Assembly: GCA_021826505.1 (NCBI GenBank)
Contig: JAKAZV010000004.1
Span: 1-62,714 of the forward strand
DNA length: 62,714 nucleotides
Source of the DNA: Acidobacteriota bacterium
Lineage (GTDB): Bacteria; Acidobacteriota; Terriglobia; Terriglobales; SCQP01
Direction: 5' to 3'
Made by a program: the position numbers and the translations under genes. Positions 61,560-62,714 of this stretch are shown in pieces; position 1 is the stretch's first letter; every line of letters starts with the position of its first letter. The notes below the pieces were generated by a model that was not told the origin of the DNA, ran no database searches, and worked only from the letters and a program-made list of their open reading frames with translations.

Positions 61560-61577
61560 CTATGACGGAGATCATAG
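61560..61577. promoter_or_regulatory. Crp/Fnr-type palindromic site 2 (ric-side promoter)
   Basis: CTATGA-cggaga-TCATAG, centred at -41.5 relative to the start implied by -10 TATGCT (61598-61603). Confidence 0.72.
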
Positions 61578-61639
61578 GTTCGAGCCGCAAAGCTTTTTAT
61601 GCTGGAGCCGGGGCAGTTCAACAAAACGGAGGATTGGCA

Positions 61640-62362
61640 ATGCAAGAGGAATTTGATGGCAAGCAAAGCGTTGGCGAATTCGCGGCCCACCGGCCGGGCG
61701 CGGTGGCCGTTCTACGGGACGTCGGCATTGATGCCTGCTGCGGCGGCTCGGAGCAACTGGAACAGGCGTGCCGGCACGCTGGCATCAGCCTGGAAGAACT
61801 GGCCCAGCGGCTGGCTGTGCAACCGGCTCAGCCCGCGGCGCGTGACTGGACTCATGCTTCGGCCGGCGAGCTAATTACCCATATCGTGGGGGCGCATCAC
61901 GCCTATGTGCGCACCCACGCTCCCGGCCTCGTCCGTCTGGCCGCGGCGGTGCGCTGGGCGCATGTGGACCGACATCCGGAACTGGTGGAGATGGAACAAA
62001 GCGTGATTCGCTTGCATGATGAGCTCATGGCGCACATGAACAAGGAAGAAAACGTGCTCTTTCCCTATATTGAACAGCTCGAACCGGCGGCAGCCGGACG
62101 AGGTTACTGGCAGCCGCCGCCGTTTGGCAGCGTGCGCCATCCCATCGCAATGATGCTGCGCGAACATGCCGCGGCCGGAGATGAATTGACGGAACTGCGC
62201 CGGCTCAGCACGGACTATCGCCTGCCCGAGGACGCCTGCGCTTCTTATCGCGGCTTATTCCAGGATCTGGTGGCGTTTGAGCGCGATCTGACCGAACACA
62301 TCCATCTGGAAAATAATATTTTGTTTCCCCGGGCGGAACGGCTCGAAGCCCAATTGAACTGA
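61640..62362 (+). CDS. ric: Iron-sulfur cluster repair di-iron protein (Ric/YtfE/ScdA)
   Basis: GIDACCGG, HHAY, HMNKEE..LFP, HIHLENNILFP; GGAGG RBS. Confidence 0.93.
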   Translation: MQEEFDGKQSVGEFAAHRPGAVAVLRDVGIDACCGGSEQLEQACRHAGISLEELAQRLAVQPAQPAARDWTHASAGELITHIVGAHHAYVRTHAPGLVRLAAAVRWAHVDRHPELVEMEQSVIRLHDELMAHMNKEENVLFPYIEQLEPAAAGRGYWQPPPFGSVRHPIAMMLREHAAAGDELTELRRLSTDYRLPEDACASYRGLFQDLVAFERDLTEHIHLENNILFPRAERLEAQLN

Positions 62363-62403
62363 ACGGATTTCAGCTTACACATTTCCTAGTCCCGGCGATC
62401 ACC

Positions 62404-62714
62404 ATGCCTGTCACCATCCCCAGCATGTCCCCAGAAATTTCGGCCGCTCCCGGGTTGAGCCAGGCTTCCCGGCCGCGCTGGCAAATCTGGCAACTTCCGC
62501 GCGAACATGGCGCTTACGGCCAGCTCGGATTCCCGTTGCTCTCGGCCTGGCTGGCGGGACATGCCGATGGAAAGGCGGCGGCACTGACGATCATTTTTCT
62601 CGCGGGTTTCTGGCTGCATGAGCCATGGCTGCTCTGGCTGGGCAGGCGCGGTTCCCGGGCCCGGCAGCAGGCCGGCGCCCGGACGGGCTGGCTGATCGGA
62701 GCATTGTCGGCGGT
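62404..62714 (+). CDS. YwiC-like membrane protein, 5' part (runs off window; absent from ORF track)
   Basis: Open frame from ATG 62404 translates to ...LPREHGAYGQLGFPLL... followed by TM segments; exact start uncertain. Confidence 0.7.
   Translation, partial: MPVTIPSMSPEISAAPGLSQASRPRWQIWQLPREHGAYGQLGFPLLSAWLAGHADGKAAALTIIFLAGFWLHEPWLLWLGRRGSRARQQAGARTGWLIGALSA

Noticed and set aside
62386-62619. 77-aa minus-strand ORF
   Set aside because: Antisense to the better-supported YwiC-like frame on the plus strand.

Overview
High-GC bacterial chromosomal window, most likely Acidobacteriota (Terriglobia-like). This is inferred from the CadC/PD40 regulator, the CRTAC1 protein and the C-terminal protein motifs. 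The very basic, Asp-poor periplasmic domains suggest an acidophile. (1) 1-24.2 kb is housekeeping: hldC/hldA, rplM-rpsI-rpsB-tsf-pyrH-frr, ligA, rpsT, phoH-ybeY, rho, a carboxyltransferase, uppS-cdsA-dxr-rseP-ispG, an M24 peptidase and accB-accC. (2) 24.6-36.3 kb is an AT-richer island between tRNA-Asp and tRNA-Val. It holds a membrane one-component regulator and three large exported proteins; one of them ends in an Ig-like domain split by a transmembrane hairpin carrying an internal lipobox, a candidate undescribed surface-anchoring signal. (3) 36.4-41.4 kb encodes DUF481, tatD, yajQ, a polyprenyl synthase, a CYTH protein and an orphan mglA. (4) 41.5-54.6 kb is the best candidate for a new system: a FAS II/highly reducing type II PKS-like cluster (insert-bearing ACP, two intact and two degenerate KS, KR, DH, ER) combined with two PaaK-like ligases, myo-inositol-1-phosphate synthase and a DegT-family aminotransferase, suggesting an (amino)cyclitol-headed lipid. 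(5) 54.9-62.7 kb has a membrane pentaheme cytochrome with a CRTAC1/ASPIC-UnbV lipoprotein, then an NO/Fe-S repair regulon with two variant Crp/Fnr boxes. A ~120-bp palindromic intergenic repeat occurs six times, and one copy carries a nested 188-bp MITE. No CRISPR, integrase or transposase was seen. All family calls come from motif recognition by eye; no searches were run.
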